NCBI GenBank assembly: GCA_020632535.1
Contig: JACKFJ010000007.1
Coordinates: forward strand, 13,749 to 77,748
Reading direction: 5' to 3'
Length of the DNA: 64,000 bases
From: Candidatus Omnitrophota bacterium
GTDB lineage: Bacteria > Omnitrophota > Gorgyraeia > Zapsychrales > JANLHA01
Shown: positions 63,470 through 64,000 of the stretch, piece after piece
How the letters are laid out: each line of letters opens with the position of its first letter
Numbering within the stretch: position 1 is the first letter of the stretch
Made by a program: the position numbers and the translations under genes
The notes under the pieces: generated by a model
Databases searched by the model: none
The model's input: the letters and a program-made list of their open reading frames with translations, nothing else
What the model was told of the DNA's origin: nothing

Positions 63470-64000
63470 ATGAAAGTTTATATCAATGGCAAATTTTATT
63501 CAAAAGATAAAGCGGCCGTGTCCGTGTTTGACCATGGATTCCTATATGGTGACGGCGCTTTCGAAGGCATCCGTTCTTATGGCCGTCTCGTGTTTCGTCT
63601 TGACGAACACATCACGCGCCTCTATGAAACATGCCACACGATGATGATCACAATTCCGCTTTCCAAAAAGGAAATGGAAAAGGCCATCATTGCCACGCTC
63701 AAAGAAAATAAGATTGATAACGGTTATATTCGTGTGATTGTGACGCGTGGTGTTGGTGATCTCGGACTTGATCCTCGCAAATGCCATGGCAGTCCGATGG
63801 TGATTATTATTGCGGATAAGATTACCCTTTATCCGGCTGAGCTTTACAAAAAAGGCATGGAAATCATTACTGTCCCGACGGTCAAGAATCATGCCGAGGC
63901 GCTTAATCCGCAACTTAAGTCGCTTAATTATTTGAACAATATTTTGGCTAAAATTGAAGCGAACAATTCCGGTTATAACGAAGCTATTATGCTCGACGGA
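63470..64000 (+). CDS. ilvE: branched-chain amino acid aminotransferase (class IV), partial, runs off the right edge
   Basis: Absent from the ORF track (open-ended). My translation is MKVYINGKFYSKDKAAVSVFDHGFLYGDGAFEGIRSY...GYIRVIVTRGVGDLGLDP...LKSLNYLNNILAKIEA. Confidence 0.85.
   Translation, partial: MKVYINGKFYSKDKAAVSVFDHGFLYGDGAFEGIRSYGRLVFRLDEHITRLYETCHTMMITIPLSKKEMEKAIIATLKENKIDNGYIRVIVTRGVGDLGLDPRKCHGSPMVIIIADKITLYPAELYKKGMEIITVPTVKNHAEALNPQLKSLNYLNNILAKIEANNSGYNEAIMLDG

Overview
Gene-dense, moderately AT-rich chromosomal segment, coded almost entirely on the + strand, from a diderm (LPS-making) bacterium. My guess is an uncultivated PVC-related lineage such as Omnitrophota, but that rests only on gene content and repeat style. 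Most of the content is housekeeping, in this order: a partial APC permease, trxA-panD-def-lipA, an mlaE/F/D lipid transporter, yggT, ybaB, greA, and a 1193-aa exported protein of unknown function. Next come a sugar-modification and glycosyltransferase island, rlmB, an HD hydrolase, an M48 protease, and a hybrid His-kinase with Hpt followed by envelope proteins. These are followed by ychF, dCMP deaminase, an ABC-F ATPase, an orphan pilin, dinB-rmuC-pgeF-cutA, tlpA, ppiD (-), hisG, ispE and tRNA-Gln. The window ends with glmU-prs-rplY-pth, rpsF-ssb-rpsR-rplI-dnaB, bamA-skp-lpxD-lpxC/fabZ-lpxA-lpxI, a nuclease fusion, lysS, lolCE-lolD and a partial ilvE. I saw no rRNA, CRISPR array, transposase, integrase, reverse transcriptase or phage genes. 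Five things deserve a second look. (1) A family of small palindromic MITE/REP-like elements has three copies, and one sits in-frame inside the giant ORF; stem changes between copies are compensatory. (2) The giant exported protein itself overlaps, stop codon to stop codon, a convergent GT-C-like membrane protein and glycosylation gene set. (3) A DUF1016-N / staphylococcal-nuclease fusion sits where the lipid A cluster would normally continue. (4) Two further structured intergenic elements occur: a 100-bp unit with 21-bp terminal inverted repeats between lolE and lolD, and a cloverleaf-like 72-nt unit between rpsR and rplI. (5) A perfect TTGACA-17-TATAAT promoter lies only 7 nt upstream of a bamA ATG, which suggests a leaderless mRNA. 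All functional calls come from motif recognition by eye; no database search was possible.
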